Below are positions 1 through 10,453 of a DNA stretch of 64,000 bases, in pieces. The position numbers were made by a program, and so were the translations under genes. Source of the stretch: an uncultured delta proteobacterium (GTDB lineage Bacteria; Myxococcota_A; Polyangia; Fen-1088); assembly GCA_963755125.1 (NCBI GenBank), contig CAVWIP010000012.1, positions 32,001 to 96,000 of the forward strand, in the 5' to 3' direction. Under the pieces are notes generated by a model, which saw only the letters and a list, made by a program, of their open reading frames with translations, was not told the DNA's origin and ran no database searches. Numbering within the stretch: position 1 is the first letter of the stretch; the number at the start of each line of letters is the position of its first letter.

Positions 1-658
1 TCTCGAACAGGGCGCGATAGTGCCGCTCGCTCCGGCGCGCGGCGTCCTCGTTGGCGTGCATGGCCTGCAAGCGCATGCCCCCGAGAATTGCCTGGTGATG
101 GCGCAGCACCAGCACCAGGCCGCCGCTGACCAGCACAACGATGAGCATTTCGAAGCCGCTGGTGGCCAGGCGAGGCGGTATGGGGAAGACCATCAGTTCC
201 ACCATCCCGATGCCCACGATGCTCGCCAGCACGCCGAGCACCCAGCGGTAGGACAAGGCGATGGCGGCGATGAGGACCGGGATGATCCCCGAGGCCAGCA
301 TGGCGATCTCGTACTGGACCGACCCCAGGAAAGGCACGGTCAACGTTACCGCGGTCGTGCAGGCAAGATAGAGCGCCACGCCCGCCCGGTAGCGGCCCGC
401 GCGAACCAGCAGAAACGACACCGCGATCAGGACAGCGCCGGCGATGATCCCGAAGACGTCCCGGTCGCGCAGGATGCCGGTCCCGAGCGTGCGTCGCCAG
501 AACAGATCGCTCAAGGCTAGTCCCAGCATGACGGCGGCAACATGGGCCAACATGAGCACGGCCATCAGACGTGCAGCCGCGCGCTGCTCGGCGCCCTGGA
601 TGCGCGCGCTGGGTCCGATCAGGCGCTGCCAAAGCGAGCTCTGACCGTTTTCGTCCAA
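1..658 (-). CDS. Multi-TM membrane sensor entering a PAS domain (histidine kinase or diguanylate cyclase type), runs off the window edge
   Basis: Not in the ORF track. Manual translation from TTG at 658 (AGGAGG RBS upstream) gives MDENGQSSLWQRLIG..., several hydrophobic helices, then ...RRSERHYRALFE, a typical PAS-entry motif. The frame is open to position 2. Confidence 0.75.
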   Translation of the reverse strand, partial: MDENGQSSLWQRLIGPSARIQGAEQRAAARLMAVLMLAHVAAVMLGLALSDLFWRRTLGTGILRDRDVFGIIAGAVLIAVSFLLVRAGRYRAGVALYLACTTAVTLTVPFLGSVQYEIAMLASGIIPVLIAAIALSYRWVLGVLASIVGIGMVELMVFPIPPRLATSGFEMLIVVLVSGGLVLVLRHHQAILGGMRLQAMHANEDAARRSERHYRALFE

Positions 659-902
659 TCCGTTCCTCCTTGGCTGTTGATCCTGGCCGCGGCGATCGAA
701 CTGCATCCCGACGGCCACGAGCAGCCCGACCTGCGCCAGCGCCGTCTGCCTAGGGCCAATGGTGCCACGATTGGTCCACAACGATCGGCTTTTTGTTTGC
801 TGGTTCAGACGGGATCGTGCCCGGCAGGATGCCGCACATGGCCATCCCGAAACCGAAACTTCTCCTAGAAATCACAAGCCAATTCGATCAGTCATGTGTC
901 CG

Positions 903-920
903 CATTTTGGCTTCAAAATG
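903..920. promoter_or_regulatory. Inverted repeat CATTTTG-N4-CAAAATG, candidate operator
   Basis: Perfect 7-bp arms in the AT-rich divergent intergenic region, about 45 nt upstream of the Cache gene. Confidence 0.35.
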
Positions 921-965
921 TGCAAAACTAACGAATTCTGCATGATGGCTACAAGGAGACGAAAC

Positions 966-1424
966 ATGCGCACGGCGATGCTTGCTCTGGTCTTGACGGT
1001 TGCGGCGGTTCCCGCGCTGTCGGCAACCAAGGCGGAGTTCGGCACGGCCAAGGAGGCCGAGGCCATGGTGGGCAAGGCGATCGCCCACGCCAAGAAAGTC
1101 GGGACCGAGAAGGCGTACCAGGATTTCACCAACAAGGCGCCCGGGTTCGTGGACCGGGATCTTTACGTGGTGGTGTACGACCTGCAAGGCAAGGTGCTCG
1201 CGCATGGCCAGAACCCCAAGATGGTGGGCAAGGATCTAATCGACCTGCGCGATCCGGACGGCAAGCTGTTCGTCAAGGAACGCGTGGATCTGGGCAGCGC
1301 CAAGCCCAGCTTCTGGCACGACTACAAGTGGACCGACCCGGTCACCAAGAAGGTGCTCGAGAAGTCGACCTACTGCCAGCGCCACGAGGAAGTTCTTTTC
1401 TGTGTGGGCATCTACAAGCGATAG
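966..1424 (+). CDS. Stand-alone secreted single-Cache (sCache_2-like) domain protein
   Basis: AGGAG RBS; signal peptide MRTAMLALVLTVAAVPALSA; Cache motifs DRDLYVVVYD..GKVLAHG, DLRDPDGK, DYKWTDP, CVGIY. Confidence 0.85.
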   Translation: MRTAMLALVLTVAAVPALSATKAEFGTAKEAEAMVGKAIAHAKKVGTEKAYQDFTNKAPGFVDRDLYVVVYDLQGKVLAHGQNPKMVGKDLIDLRDPDGKLFVKERVDLGSAKPSFWHDYKWTDPVTKKVLEKSTYCQRHEEVLFCVGIYKR

Positions 1425-1463
1425 GGCGGCGAGCGTAAGTCAGAATCAGCGAGGGCCGCGTCC

Positions 1464-2990
1464 GTGAAACTTTACCAACGAATCCTGCTGGCTCCGCTGC
1501 TGGTGCTGCTGGGATTGCTGCTGTTTGCCCTGGTTGCTTTCCAGGCGCTGGGCGTCGGCCGCACGGCCTTGCAGGACATCTTCCAGACCCGCCTGGGTTT
1601 CTATCAATCGGTTGGGCAGGTTTCGACCAAGATGGACGCGGTCCACGCCAGCGTGTATCGGCTGGTGACCTGGATTGGAAACTACGATGACGCCAAGGTG
1701 GCCAGGCTGGCCGGTGACCTCGCCCGCCAGACCGACGCCGCCGCGGCCGTGGTCAGTACCCTGGCGTCCGCGTCCAAGATTTCCGCACAGGAGGGCAGCC
1801 ACCTAAAGAGCGCGCTGGAACAGATTGCAGCCTACAAGAAGAGCATGGCCCTGGCGCTCGACCTGGCCACCGCGGACGTGAACATGGGCCTCTCCGCGCT
1901 GCAGACCGCCGATTTCGATTTCCAGAACCTGCGCAAGAACCTCGACGCGCTCATCGCTGAAGAGCACGTTCTGGCGGAATCGGAGCACCAACAGGCGCTC
2001 GATGCCTACCGCCGGACCGCACTGCTCGCGGTGCTGGTCCTGGTGGTGGCGGTGCTGGCCGCGGCGCTGGCGGCTGCCTTCATGACCCGATCGGTGCTGC
2101 GCCAACTGGGCGGTGAGCCCGAGTACGCGGCGCAGGTGGCCCGCGCGGTGGCGCAAGGGAATCTTGGCTTCTCCATCCACACGCGCAAGGGTGACACCAC
2201 CAGTCTGCTGGCGGCCATGCAAGACATGGTGGAACGGCTGACCGATGTGATGGGGGAAGTGCGCAGCTCGGCAGCGGCGCTGACCACGGCCGCCGGCCAG
2301 GTCAGCGATACCGCCCAGCTTCTGTCGCGGGGGACCTCGCAGCAGGCGGCCGCCATCGAGGAAACCACCACCTCGCTGGAGGAGATGAGCGCCTCCATCG
2401 CGCAGAACGCGGACAACGGCCGCGTGACCGAGCAGACCGCCTCCAAGGGCGCGCGCTCCGCCGACGAGAGCGGAACCGCGGTGACCCAGACCGTGGCGGC
2501 CATGAGGAGCATCGCCGAGAAGATCTCGGTGATGGGCGAGATCGCGTACCAGACCAACCTGCTGGCCCTGAACGCGGCCATCGAGGCCGCCCGCGCGGGC
2601 GAGCAAGGCCGGGGCTTCGCCGTAGTCGCCAGCGAGGTGCGCAAGCTGGCCGAGACCAGCCAGGCCGCCGCCCGCGAGATCTCGGGTCTGGCGGTGTCCA
2701 GCGTCGCGGTGGCCGAGCGCACAGGCGCGATGCTGTCGGACTTGGTGCCCTCGATCGACAAGACCGCGGAACTGGTGCGCGAGGTGACCGCGGCGACCGC
2801 CGAACAGTCGGCGACGGTGCAACAGCTAGGCCGGGCCATGGCCCAAATCAGCGAGGTGGCCCAGCACAACGCGGCGGCAGCCGAGGAGCTGAGTTCCACC
2901 GCCGAGGAGATGTCGGCGCAGTCCGCGGCGCTGACCGAGCGGGCCAGTTACTTTCGCGTGCAGGACTCGGACAGGCTGCCGAAGCTCTGA
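1464..2990 (+). CDS. Methyl-accepting chemotaxis protein (helical periplasmic domain, HAMP)
   Basis: Two TM segments, LGGEP HAMP motif, hairpin tip [37 protein letters not shown]. Confidence 0.95.
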   Translation: MKLYQRILLAPLLVLLGLLLFALVAFQALGVGRTALQDIFQTRLGFYQSVGQVSTKMDAVHASVYRLVTWIGNYDDAKVARLAGDLARQTDAAAAVVSTLASASKISAQEGSHLKSALEQIAAYKKSMALALDLATADVNMGLSALQTADFDFQNLRKNLDALIAEEHVLAESEHQQALDAYRRTALLAVLVLVVAVLAAALAAAFMTRSVLRQLGGEPEYAAQVARAVAQGNLGFSIHTRKGDTTSLLAAMQDMVERLTDVMGEVRSSAAALTTAAGQVSDTAQLLSRGTSQQAAAIEETTTSLEEMSASIAQNADNGRVTEQTASKGARSADESGTAVTQTVAAMRSIAEKISVMGEIAYQTNLLALNAAIEAARAGEQGRGFAVVASEVRKLAETSQAAAREISGLAVSSVAVAERTGAMLSDLVPSIDKTAELVREVTAATAEQSATVQQLGRAMAQISEVAQHNAAAAEELSSTAEEMSAQSAALTERASYFRVQDSDRLPKL

Positions 2991-3096
2991 ACAAGAGCTT
3001 CGGGTTGGTGCGGGCCGTGGCTGTCTGTTTCGCCCACCCATCTAAAATTTGGTCGTCGGCCCGAGCCGCGCCTACCATCGGTTACCAGGAACGAAC

Positions 3097-3816
3097 GTGA
3101 CCGTCTCGACATGCATCGACAACTTGCAAGGGGCCTGCCGGGTGCTGTTCGGCCCGCAGGTGGCGCTCACCCCCGGGTTTCTCGACTCGCTCCAGCCTGC
3201 GATGGTCAAGCACTGCTACCGCAAGCGCGCCCTCGAGGTCCATCCTGACCGGGCGCGGGCCGCCGGCAGGAACCAGCACGACATGACCGAGCTCTTCAAG
3301 GATGTCCAAATGGCGTACCGGCTGCTGGCCGGGTACGTCGCGACCCGCGGCCGGCCGCAACCGCAGCCAGCCATCCGCAAGCGGGCCGCTCCCGCACCTT
3401 GCACGGCGCCTTCCCGCCTCGATCACGTCTGGCCGGGCCCCATCCCGCGACGCCGGCTCCGCCTGGGCGAGTACCTGTACTGCTCGCGGCGCATCTCCTG
3501 GATGGGACTCATCAAGTCCATCGTCTGGCAGAACCGCCAGCGGCCGCGATTCGGTCAGCTTGCCACGCGCCTCGGGCATCTCACCACCGATCTGGTGAAC
3601 CGGGCCCTGGACGCCCGGCAGCCGGGAGAGAAGATCGGCGACGCGGCCTTGCGCCTCGATCTGCTGACCCTGCTCCAGCGCGAAAGCATCCTGCGCGCGC
3701 AGGCGTGCCGCCAGCGCCGCCTCGGGCAGTACTTTGTCGAAACAGGGGTGCTACAGCCAGCCGAGCTGGCGGAGATCCTGCAGCGGCTGCGCCGGCACAA
3801 CGCCAGTGTCGGCTGA
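3097..3816 (+). CDS. J-domain (DnaJ-like) protein
   Basis: YRKRALEVHPDR (HPD motif); C-terminal repeats of R(L/F)G(E/Q) type; start uncertain (3049 or 3097). Confidence 0.8.
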   Translation: MTVSTCIDNLQGACRVLFGPQVALTPGFLDSLQPAMVKHCYRKRALEVHPDRARAAGRNQHDMTELFKDVQMAYRLLAGYVATRGRPQPQPAIRKRAAPAPCTAPSRLDHVWPGPIPRRRLRLGEYLYCSRRISWMGLIKSIVWQNRQRPRFGQLATRLGHLTTDLVNRALDARQPGEKIGDAALRLDLLTLLQRESILRAQACRQRRLGQYFVETGVLQPAELAEILQRLRRHNASVG

Positions 3817-3826
3817 GGCGTCTTCA

Positions 3827-4041
3827 TGGGAACCCTGAAAGGGTTCCCAAACCCTGGCATCTTACGGGGGCTTGGTTCGCTCTCGCTCACAAGCCCCCGG
3901 TCCCCCCTCGCTCCGCCCAGCAAAGCTGGGCTACGCTCGCCCGAAAAACGGGACGGTGGAGCGAAAAATGTACGCCGTGGCAGACCATCCAACCCTGGCG
4001 ATGGTGCGCCGTCGGCGGAGCCGGCGAGCTCCCCACGCGTG
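3827..4041. repeat. Intergenic multi-hairpin repeat element, family B copy 1
   Basis: TGGGAACCCT-GAA-AGGGTTCCCA hairpin at 3827-3849, further hairpins, ends in CTCCCCACGCG; both ends shared with 16996-17182. Confidence 0.65.
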
Positions 4042-4043
4042 CG

Positions 4044-6035
4044 CTAGCCAATCGTCTCAGTGTGGCGGTGGGCTGCCTTTGCCACCTCTGGATCCATGTC
4101 CAGGCACAGGCGCGCCAGCGCGGCGCGGGCCGCCGGATCAGCGTGCTGGGCCAGCGCCTCGACCACGGCCTGACGGACCGGAACGTCGGAATCCTTCGCG
4201 GCGGCGACCAGATGGCGCATGACAACCCGCGAGGAGAAGCGGCTGAGGGCCATGACCGCCGCGCGCCGGATGGCTGCTTCCTCGCTGGCCAGCAGCTTGA
4301 TGAGGGCGGGCTCGGCGACCGGATCTCCGATCTGGCCGAGCGCCTCGATGACCGGGAGGCGAGCCGTGCCGGTTTCGCCCTGCAGGATGTTCACCAGACG
4401 CGACGCCAGCGAGTTGTCGCCCAGGTTCACCAGGGCGCGGATGACTTCCGCGCGCGTTTCCGCATCCATCTCGAGCTGCCGGAGCAAGACCTGGTTGACC
4501 GAGGAGTGGCGCATCTGTCCCAGCGCCGCCACGGCCGCCCGCCGGGTGGACACGTCGGGGTCGGCCAGCAGCGGCTGCAGAAAATCCACCGCGTTGGCGC
4601 CGAGGTGCGACGCCAGCGTGCTTATCGCCTTGCCGCGCAGGGAAGCATCGGGGTCACACAGGCACTGCTTGATGAAGCCGAGCTGCGCCGGATGCGGGTT
4701 GAGCCGCATGATATCCATGGCCAGGGGCCGGATGGAGGGCTGGCTGCCGCATTCCTGGATGAGAGCCATTGTCACCGCCTGGGAATCGAGCTGCGCCAGA
4801 GCGCCCACCGCCGCGTTGCGGACCAGAGAGCTGGGGTCCGACAACAGCGGAGTCAGCGCCGGAGTTGAGTCGCTGTGGCGGAGCCGCGCCAGCGCCTGCA
4901 CCGCGGCTGCGCGCAGGGTCTCGTCGGGGTCGCCCAAAAGAGCCATCACGCCCGTGACCAGATCGCTGGCACCGAGCGCGCCGATGCAGCGGCAGGCGAG
5001 CACCCTGACGTTCTTGTTGCTGCAGCTCAACCCCACGCCCAACGCCGGTGATATCTCGCGCCCGATGGAGACGGCGCAAAACTCGAGCACCTCGCGCAGG
5101 GTGGGATCGCAGCCAGCCAGCACCAGGGTGGTGTAGAGCGGCCGCAGGCGCAGGGCGCGCACGATCTGGGCGCTGGCTTCCTTCTTGCTGACCCCGTGAT
5201 CGCCGGCGAAGGTCTGCTCCTGGGAGGCAGTCAACACCTTGGCCACCCGCATCTGCACATCGGTCGCCTCGGGCGAGGAAAGCTTCGCCCACGAGCCGAT
5301 GTTCTCCAGCAATTTCTCGTCGGGCTGCGACTCGAGCGCCTGACCGATGGCCTTGAGGCACGCTCCGAAGGTCGAGCTGTCCTGGCTTTCGTGCAGCATG
5401 CGGGCCAGATGCCCGAGCGCCTCGGCCGAGCCTATCTTGCCCAGCGCCTCGACCACGCCCAGACGGATGGTCTCGTCGGAGAGCAGCGAGGCCAGCGGCT
5501 CCACCGCCTTGGTGTCGCCGATCTCGCCCAAGGCGTTGACCGCGGCAAAACGCAGCCAAGGATCGCGGTCCAGGATCTTGACCAGCGAGTTGACCGCCAC
5601 CGTCGCGCGCAGCTGGGCCAGACTGTCGATAGCGGCCTGGGCCACGTTGGGATCGGCGTGTTCGAGCAGCGACACCAGGTGCGGAATGGCCGCCGGATCG
5701 CGAGTGCGGCCCAGCACGTTGGCCGCGAACATGACGACCTCGGGGTCACCGTCCTTGAGCGCGCGCAGCAGCGCCGGCACGCTACGCGTGCCACCCCGGC
5801 TGAGCGCCTCCATGGCGGCATTGCGGCGGCGCGAGTCTTTCCCGTCGGACATCGCCTCGATCAGATCGTCGGGGTCGACGGTCTCCGCCGCATCGACGAT
5901 GGCCTGCGATCGTGTGGGGCGATCGATCTGTTCGAGCGCGGCCAGCACGGCCGAGGCCAGCGAGTCGCTGCTGGTGCCCCTGCCGGGCGCAGGGCCCGCG
6001 GGTGCATTGCTGCGAGACTTTGCTTCCGTGGTCAT
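4044..6035 (-). CDS. HEAT/PBS-lyase repeat protein, last gene of the che operon
   Basis: Many repeats of LxDxDxxVRxAAxxALG type; start overlaps the cheY stop. Confidence 0.9.
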   Translation of the reverse strand: MTTEAKSRSNAPAGPAPGRGTSSDSLASAVLAALEQIDRPTRSQAIVDAAETVDPDDLIEAMSDGKDSRRRNAAMEALSRGGTRSVPALLRALKDGDPEVVMFAANVLGRTRDPAAIPHLVSLLEHADPNVAQAAIDSLAQLRATVAVNSLVKILDRDPWLRFAAVNALGEIGDTKAVEPLASLLSDETIRLGVVEALGKIGSAEALGHLARMLHESQDSSTFGACLKAIGQALESQPDEKLLENIGSWAKLSSPEATDVQMRVAKVLTASQEQTFAGDHGVSKKEASAQIVRALRLRPLYTTLVLAGCDPTLREVLEFCAVSIGREISPALGVGLSCSNKNVRVLACRCIGALGASDLVTGVMALLGDPDETLRAAAVQALARLRHSDSTPALTPLLSDPSSLVRNAAVGALAQLDSQAVTMALIQECGSQPSIRPLAMDIMRLNPHPAQLGFIKQCLCDPDASLRGKAISTLASHLGANAVDFLQPLLADPDVSTRRAAVAALGQMRHSSVNQVLLRQLEMDAETRAEVIRALVNLGDNSLASRLVNILQGETGTARLPVIEALGQIGDPVAEPALIKLLASEEAAIRRAAVMALSRFSSRVVMRHLVAAAKDSDVPVRQAVVEALAQHADPAARAALARLCLDMDPEVAKAAHRHTETIG

Positions 6036-6445
6036 GTTCCCCGCTCTCCTTGCGTGGCACCGGAGCCGCCGGGCTTGGCGGTGAGCCGCTCGACCACGGC
6101 CAGCAACTTCTGCGGCTGGAAGGGCTTGCGCACGTACTCGCAGGCGCCCGCCTCCAGACCCCGGCGCACGTCCTCGTCGCGGCCTTCCGTGCTGATGATG
6201 ACGACCGGGACTCGCTGCTGCAGTCCGGTCTTGGCGGCCAGATCGAGGAACTCGAGTCCATCCATGACCGGCATGTTCACGTCGATGAAGATGAGGTCGG
6301 GCTCACCGAACTGCTTGATGACCGCGAAGGCCTCCTCGCCATTGCACGCCTGATGGAGTTGCAAGTCCTCGACTTCCCCGAAGGCCGCGCGGAACAGGGC
6401 GCGCACCATGCTGGAATCGTCGACCACCAGGATTGTTCTTTTCAT
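6032..6445 (-). CDS. cheY: CheY-like single-domain response regulator
   Basis: ILVVDDS, IFIDVNMPVMDG, ISTEG, YVRKPF. Confidence 0.85.
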   Translation of the reverse strand: MKRTILVVDDSSMVRALFRAAFGEVEDLQLHQACNGEEAFAVIKQFGEPDLIFIDVNMPVMDGLEFLDLAAKTGLQQRVPVVIISTEGRDEDVRRGLEAGACEYVRKPFQPQKLLAVVERLTAKPGGSGATQGERGT

Positions 6446-6447
6446 TT

Positions 6448-7551
6448 CTACTTTCCTCCGTGAGCTTTTGTACCAGCACCCGGCTCACCACCGTTGGCCG
6501 CGCGCAGGACAGCGGCCGGCAGATCCTTGAGCGCGAGTACCCGGTCGGCGGCCCCGCGCGCGATGGCCTCCTTGGGCATGCCAAACACCACGCAGCTGCT
6601 CTCGTCCTGCGCAAAGGTCGCAGCCCCGGCTTGCTTCATCTCCAGCAATCCCTGCGCCCCGTCGCCGCCCATCCCGGTCATGATCAGGCCGACCGCGTTC
6701 TTGCCCGCAGCCTGGGCCACCGAGCGAAACAACACGTCCACGCTCGGTCGGTGGCGGGAAACCAGCGGCCCGTCGTTGACCTCGGCAAAATAGCGGGTCC
6801 CGCTGCGCCGGAGCACGAGATGGCGGTCACCGGCGGCGATCAGGGCTCGTCCCCGGCCCACGTCATCGCCGCTCTTCGCCTCCCGCACGTCCAGCCGCGA
6901 CGACTCCGCCAGCCGCTTGGCGAACGCCGCGGTGAAACCCGCCGGCATGTGCTGGACGATGAGCATGCCGGGCGCATCGGCGGGCATGGCGGCGAGCAAC
7001 TCGCGCAAGGCATCGGTGCCGCCGGTCGACGCGCCCACCGCGATGATCCGATCAGTCTCGATCTTGGCGCGCCCAGCGGCGATGATCGCATCCGCGCTCT
7101 CCCGGGGCGCGGGCTCGGGCGGCGGGCGGCTGGACCCGATGCGGGCCTGGGCCGCGCCGCGCACCGACTCGATGAGTATGACCGCCGAGTCGTGCAAGAA
7201 GTCGCGCACGCCCACGCGTGGCTTGGCCAGGATGTCAACCGCGCCGAGTTCGAGGGCGCGCAGGGCCAGTTCGCTACCACTCTCGGCGTAGCTGGAGCAC
7301 ACCACCACCGGCAGGGGATCGTCCGCCATGAGCTTGCTCAGGAAAGTCAGCCCGTCCATGCGTGGCATCTCGAGATCGAGCACGATGACGTCGGGGCGAA
7401 AGCGGGCCATCTTCTGCTCCGCGATCAACGGGTCGGCGGCCACCACCACGTCGATGTCCTTCTCGCTCGAGAGCACGGCGGTGAGCGCCTGCCGCACGAC
7501 CGCGGAGTCGTCGATTACCAGTACCTGCAGGCGGCGGGGCGCCTTGCTCAT
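6448..7551 (-). CDS. cheB: Chemotaxis methylesterase/response regulator CheB
   Basis: REC domain plus GASTGG, IVQHMP, RPSVD, TGMGGDGA, FGMP motifs; start at MSKAPRR. Confidence 0.97.
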   Translation of the reverse strand: MSKAPRRLQVLVIDDSAVVRQALTAVLSSEKDIDVVVAADPLIAEQKMARFRPDVIVLDLEMPRMDGLTFLSKLMADDPLPVVVCSSYAESGSELALRALELGAVDILAKPRVGVRDFLHDSAVILIESVRGAAQARIGSSRPPPEPAPRESADAIIAAGRAKIETDRIIAVGASTGGTDALRELLAAMPADAPGMLIVQHMPAGFTAAFAKRLAESSRLDVREAKSGDDVGRGRALIAAGDRHLVLRRSGTRYFAEVNDGPLVSRHRPSVDVLFRSVAQAAGKNAVGLIMTGMGGDGAQGLLEMKQAGAATFAQDESSCVVFGMPKEAIARGAADRVLALKDLPAAVLRAANGGEPGAGTKAHGGK

Positions 7552-8501
7552 GGGGAGTTCCTCGCGCCCTTCTCGCCGGCAGCGGGCTTGCCGCCCAGGC
7601 ACGAGTACACCGTCGGGATGACCGTGCCGAGACTGGTGGCACCCAGGTGGTGCAGGGTTTCCGCGTGTCCGAGAAACAGGTAGCCGTCGGGGGCCAGGTG
7701 GCCGATGATCTGGCTGGTCTTGCGCGCCCGCCGGCTGGTGTGGAAGTAGATGAGGACGTTCCGGCAAAAGATGAGGTCGAACTTTTCACTCAGCGGGTAG
7801 CTGTCGCTGTTGAGGTTGAGCTGGGCGAACTCCACCACCGCGCGGATCTCGGGCCCGGCCTTCATCTTGCCCTCCTGCGACCGCACCCCGCGCAGCATGA
7901 AGGCCTTGAGGTAGCGCTCGGGGATGTCGCTCGCCTTGGCCAACGGCCACAGCCCTTGCCGGGCGCGCGCCAGAGCGCGGTTCGACAGATCGGTGGCGAG
8001 GATCCTGATGTGCCAGCCCGCCGAAGGCGGGAGCTTGGAGAGAAGCACCATGGCCAGCGTGTACGGTTCCTCTCCGGTGGCGCAGCCCGCGCTCCAGGCG
8101 CGCACGCACCGATCCCGCTTGCCCTCGGCGACCAGGCCGGTCCAGCGGGGTATCACCTCGCGCTCGATGAACTCGAAATGGTGCGGCTCGCGGAAGAAGC
8201 CGGTCTCGTTGGTCGAGATGCAGTCGAACATGCGCGCCCGCTCGGCCTCCCCGCCCTCGCTGGTCACCAGGTCGTAGTACTTGCGGAAGGAATGCAGCCC
8301 CAACTCGCGCAGCCTCCGGCTGAGGCGGGCCACCAGCAGCGATTGCTTGGCGTCCGACAGGTAGATGCCGGCTTCCCGGTGAATGAAGGTCTGAAACAGC
8401 GCAAAGTCCTGCTCGTGCAGCGACGAAGCGGCGATGTCAACCGCAAGCGGCGGGCCGAGGCCTGCGGTCATGGTGTCCATCGTGTCGCGCGCCTTCCTCA
8501 T
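7548..8501 (-). CDS. cheR: Chemotaxis methyltransferase CheR
   Basis: TNETGFFRE, WSAGCATGEEPY, ILATD, FCRNVLIYF, GHAE. Confidence 0.97.
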   Translation of the reverse strand: MRKARDTMDTMTAGLGPPLAVDIAASSLHEQDFALFQTFIHREAGIYLSDAKQSLLVARLSRRLRELGLHSFRKYYDLVTSEGGEAERARMFDCISTNETGFFREPHHFEFIEREVIPRWTGLVAEGKRDRCVRAWSAGCATGEEPYTLAMVLLSKLPPSAGWHIRILATDLSNRALARARQGLWPLAKASDIPERYLKAFMLRGVRSQEGKMKAGPEIRAVVEFAQLNLNSDSYPLSEKFDLIFCRNVLIYFHTSRRARKTSQIIGHLAPDGYLFLGHAETLHHLGATSLGTVIPTVYSCLGGKPAAGEKGARNSP

Positions 8502-9043
8502 GCCGCCGACGGTGAGTTGGCGCTGGCGGGAACATCGCCGGGCGGAGGCGCGGCGCCTGCGGCAATCGACGCCGCCGAGAGCAGATCGTCCGCCGACAGC
8601 ACCCGGTCGATATCGAGCAACAGCACGAACTTCTGCCCGATCTTGCCCATGCCAATCAGATAGTCGACGCGCACCCGGGTGCCGAAGGGCGGTGGCGGCT
8701 CGATGTCGCCAGCCATCAGGTCGATGACCTCGTTGACCGCGTCGGCGAGCAGGCCCATCACGGCCGGCTCGCCTTCCAGCTTCGCCTCGACCACCACGAT
8801 GCAGGTCCGCTTGCCCGGCTGCGACGGAGGTAGACCGAACCTGACCGCCAGGTCGATGACGGGGATGACCTTGCCGCGCAGGTTGATCACTCCGCGGATG
8901 GACGCGGGGGTCTGTGGCACGCGGGTGGGAGGCTGGTACTCGATGATCTCCTTGACCTGCAGAATACCAGCCGCGTACTCGTCGCCGGCAAGCGTGAAGG
9001 TCAGGTACTGGGCGGGTTTTTCCGATGCCTGCGCTTTTTCCAT
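8498..9043 (-). CDS. cheW: Chemotaxis coupling protein CheW
   Basis: QYLTF, GVINLRGKVIPVIDL, GLLADAVNEV. Confidence 0.97.
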   Translation of the reverse strand: MEKAQASEKPAQYLTFTLAGDEYAAGILQVKEIIEYQPPTRVPQTPASIRGVINLRGKVIPVIDLAVRFGLPPSQPGKRTCIVVVEAKLEGEPAVMGLLADAVNEVIDLMAGDIEPPPPFGTRVRVDYLIGMGKIGQKFVLLLDIDRVLSADDLLSAASIAAGAAPPPGDVPASANSPSAA

Positions 9044-9052
9044 GGTGCTGCC

Positions 9053-10453
9053 TCAGAAGCGACGAAAGTCCTGTTCTCCGTCGGGTTCGCTGCTCGGACT
9101 GGCCTGCTGGTCTGGGTCTGCCGAGGTGACGGGCCGAGGCAGGCGGGCAGGCGATGGGCTGGGCCCAGGCTTTGCCGGCCGGGCCGGCTGCCCCGCCGCT
9201 GCCGTGGGCTTGCTCCGCGCGAGAGCCTGCCCCGGCTTGTGGGGCGGAGACAAAAGCAGGGAAGCGGGCTTTTGCGAGACAACCGGCGTGTTCTTCTCGC
9301 GAGTGGCCGGCGCCTGCTTCACTCCCATCTTGAACCCGGAAACCATCTGCAACAGGGCATCGGCCTGCGATGCCATTTCCTCGGCGGTGGAGGCCAGTTG
9401 CTCGGCGGCCGAGGCGTTGCGCTGCGTGACCTGATCGATGCGCCCGATCGCTTTGTTCATCTGCGTGACGCCCGCCGCCTGCTCATTGCTCGCGGCCGCC
9501 ACCTCCTGCACCAGATCGGAGGTCATGCGTATCGAGGGAACGAGTTCCTGCAACATCTGGCTGGAGCGATCCGCGACCTTGAGGCTGGACGCCGCCAGCG
9601 TGTTGATCTCGCGCGCCGCCATCTGACTGCGCTCGGCCAGCTTGCGCACCTCGGACGCCACCACCGCGAACCCTTTGCCCTGCTCGCCCGCGCGCGCCGC
9701 CTCGATGGCCGCGTTGAGCGCGAGCAGGTTGGTCTGGTAGGCGATCTCCTCGATGATGCTGGTCTTCTGCGCGATCGACTTCATCGCGTCCACGGTCTCC
9801 TGCACCGCCCGGCTGGTCTCACCCGCGTCCCTCGCCCCTTTGACCGCAATCTGCTCGGTCTGCCGGCTGTTCTCCGCGTTGCCGGTGATCGATGCGCTCA
9901 TCTCCTCCAGGCTGGCGGTGGTCTCCTCGACCGCCGAGGCCAGATCGCTGCTTCCATGGGACAGCGATTGCGATGAACTCGCGATCTGCGTGGCAGCGGT
10001 GTTGAGCCCGCTGGCGCTCCCACGAATCTCCTCGATGATGGTTTGCAGATTGCGCGACATGCGAGTAAGCGAGGCATACAGGCTGCCCACTTCGTCCGAG
10101 CGATCGAGATCCACGGTGGCGGTCAGATCCCCACGGGCAAATTCCTCCACCATGCCCCCCATCTTGACCACGGGCGTGGCGATGCTGCGGATCATGGCCA
10201 AACCGATGGCCAGGGTGAGCGCCGCCCCGATCAGGAAGCTGACGATGACAATCAGCTGGTTTCGCGTCGCCGCGATGCCCAGCGACTGCGATACCGGACC
10301 CGTGGTCCTGGCGTCGGCGCCGAAAATGGCCGCCGCAGTTCCGGAAACCTGATCGATGCCCTGGTAGCCGGTGTAGGCCAGCCACCCCATCAGAATCAGC
10401 ATGGCGGCAAAGGCCAGCACGAGACGGGTCGCGATCCTCACGTTGCTCATCAT
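9053..10453 (-). CDS. Methyl-accepting chemotaxis protein with minimal periplasmic loop and C-terminal pentapeptide
   Basis: Two TMs about 35 aa apart, HAMP, signalling tip, Pro-rich tether ending DFRRF. Confidence 0.95.
   Translation of the reverse strand: MMSNVRIATRLVLAFAAMLILMGWLAYTGYQGIDQVSGTAAAIFGADARTTGPVSQSLGIAATRNQLIVIVSFLIGAALTLAIGLAMIRSIATPVVKMGGMVEEFARGDLTATVDLDRSDEVGSLYASLTRMSRNLQTIIEEIRGSASGLNTAATQIASSSQSLSHGSSDLASAVEETTASLEEMSASITGNAENSRQTEQIAVKGARDAGETSRAVQETVDAMKSIAQKTSIIEEIAYQTNLLALNAAIEAARAGEQGKGFAVVASEVRKLAERSQMAAREINTLAASSLKVADRSSQMLQELVPSIRMTSDLVQEVAAASNEQAAGVTQMNKAIGRIDQVTQRNASAAEQLASTAEEMASQADALLQMVSGFKMGVKQAPATREKNTPVVSQKPASLLLSPPHKPGQALARSKPTAAAGQPARPAKPGPSPSPARLPRPVTSADPDQQASPSSEPDGEQDFRRF

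Noticed and set aside
20..520. Plus-strand ORF and the many other long overlapping ORFs (e.g. 3399-4868, 10822-12177, 51411-53309)
   Set aside because: Antisense or alternative-frame shadows of real genes, expected in high-GC DNA
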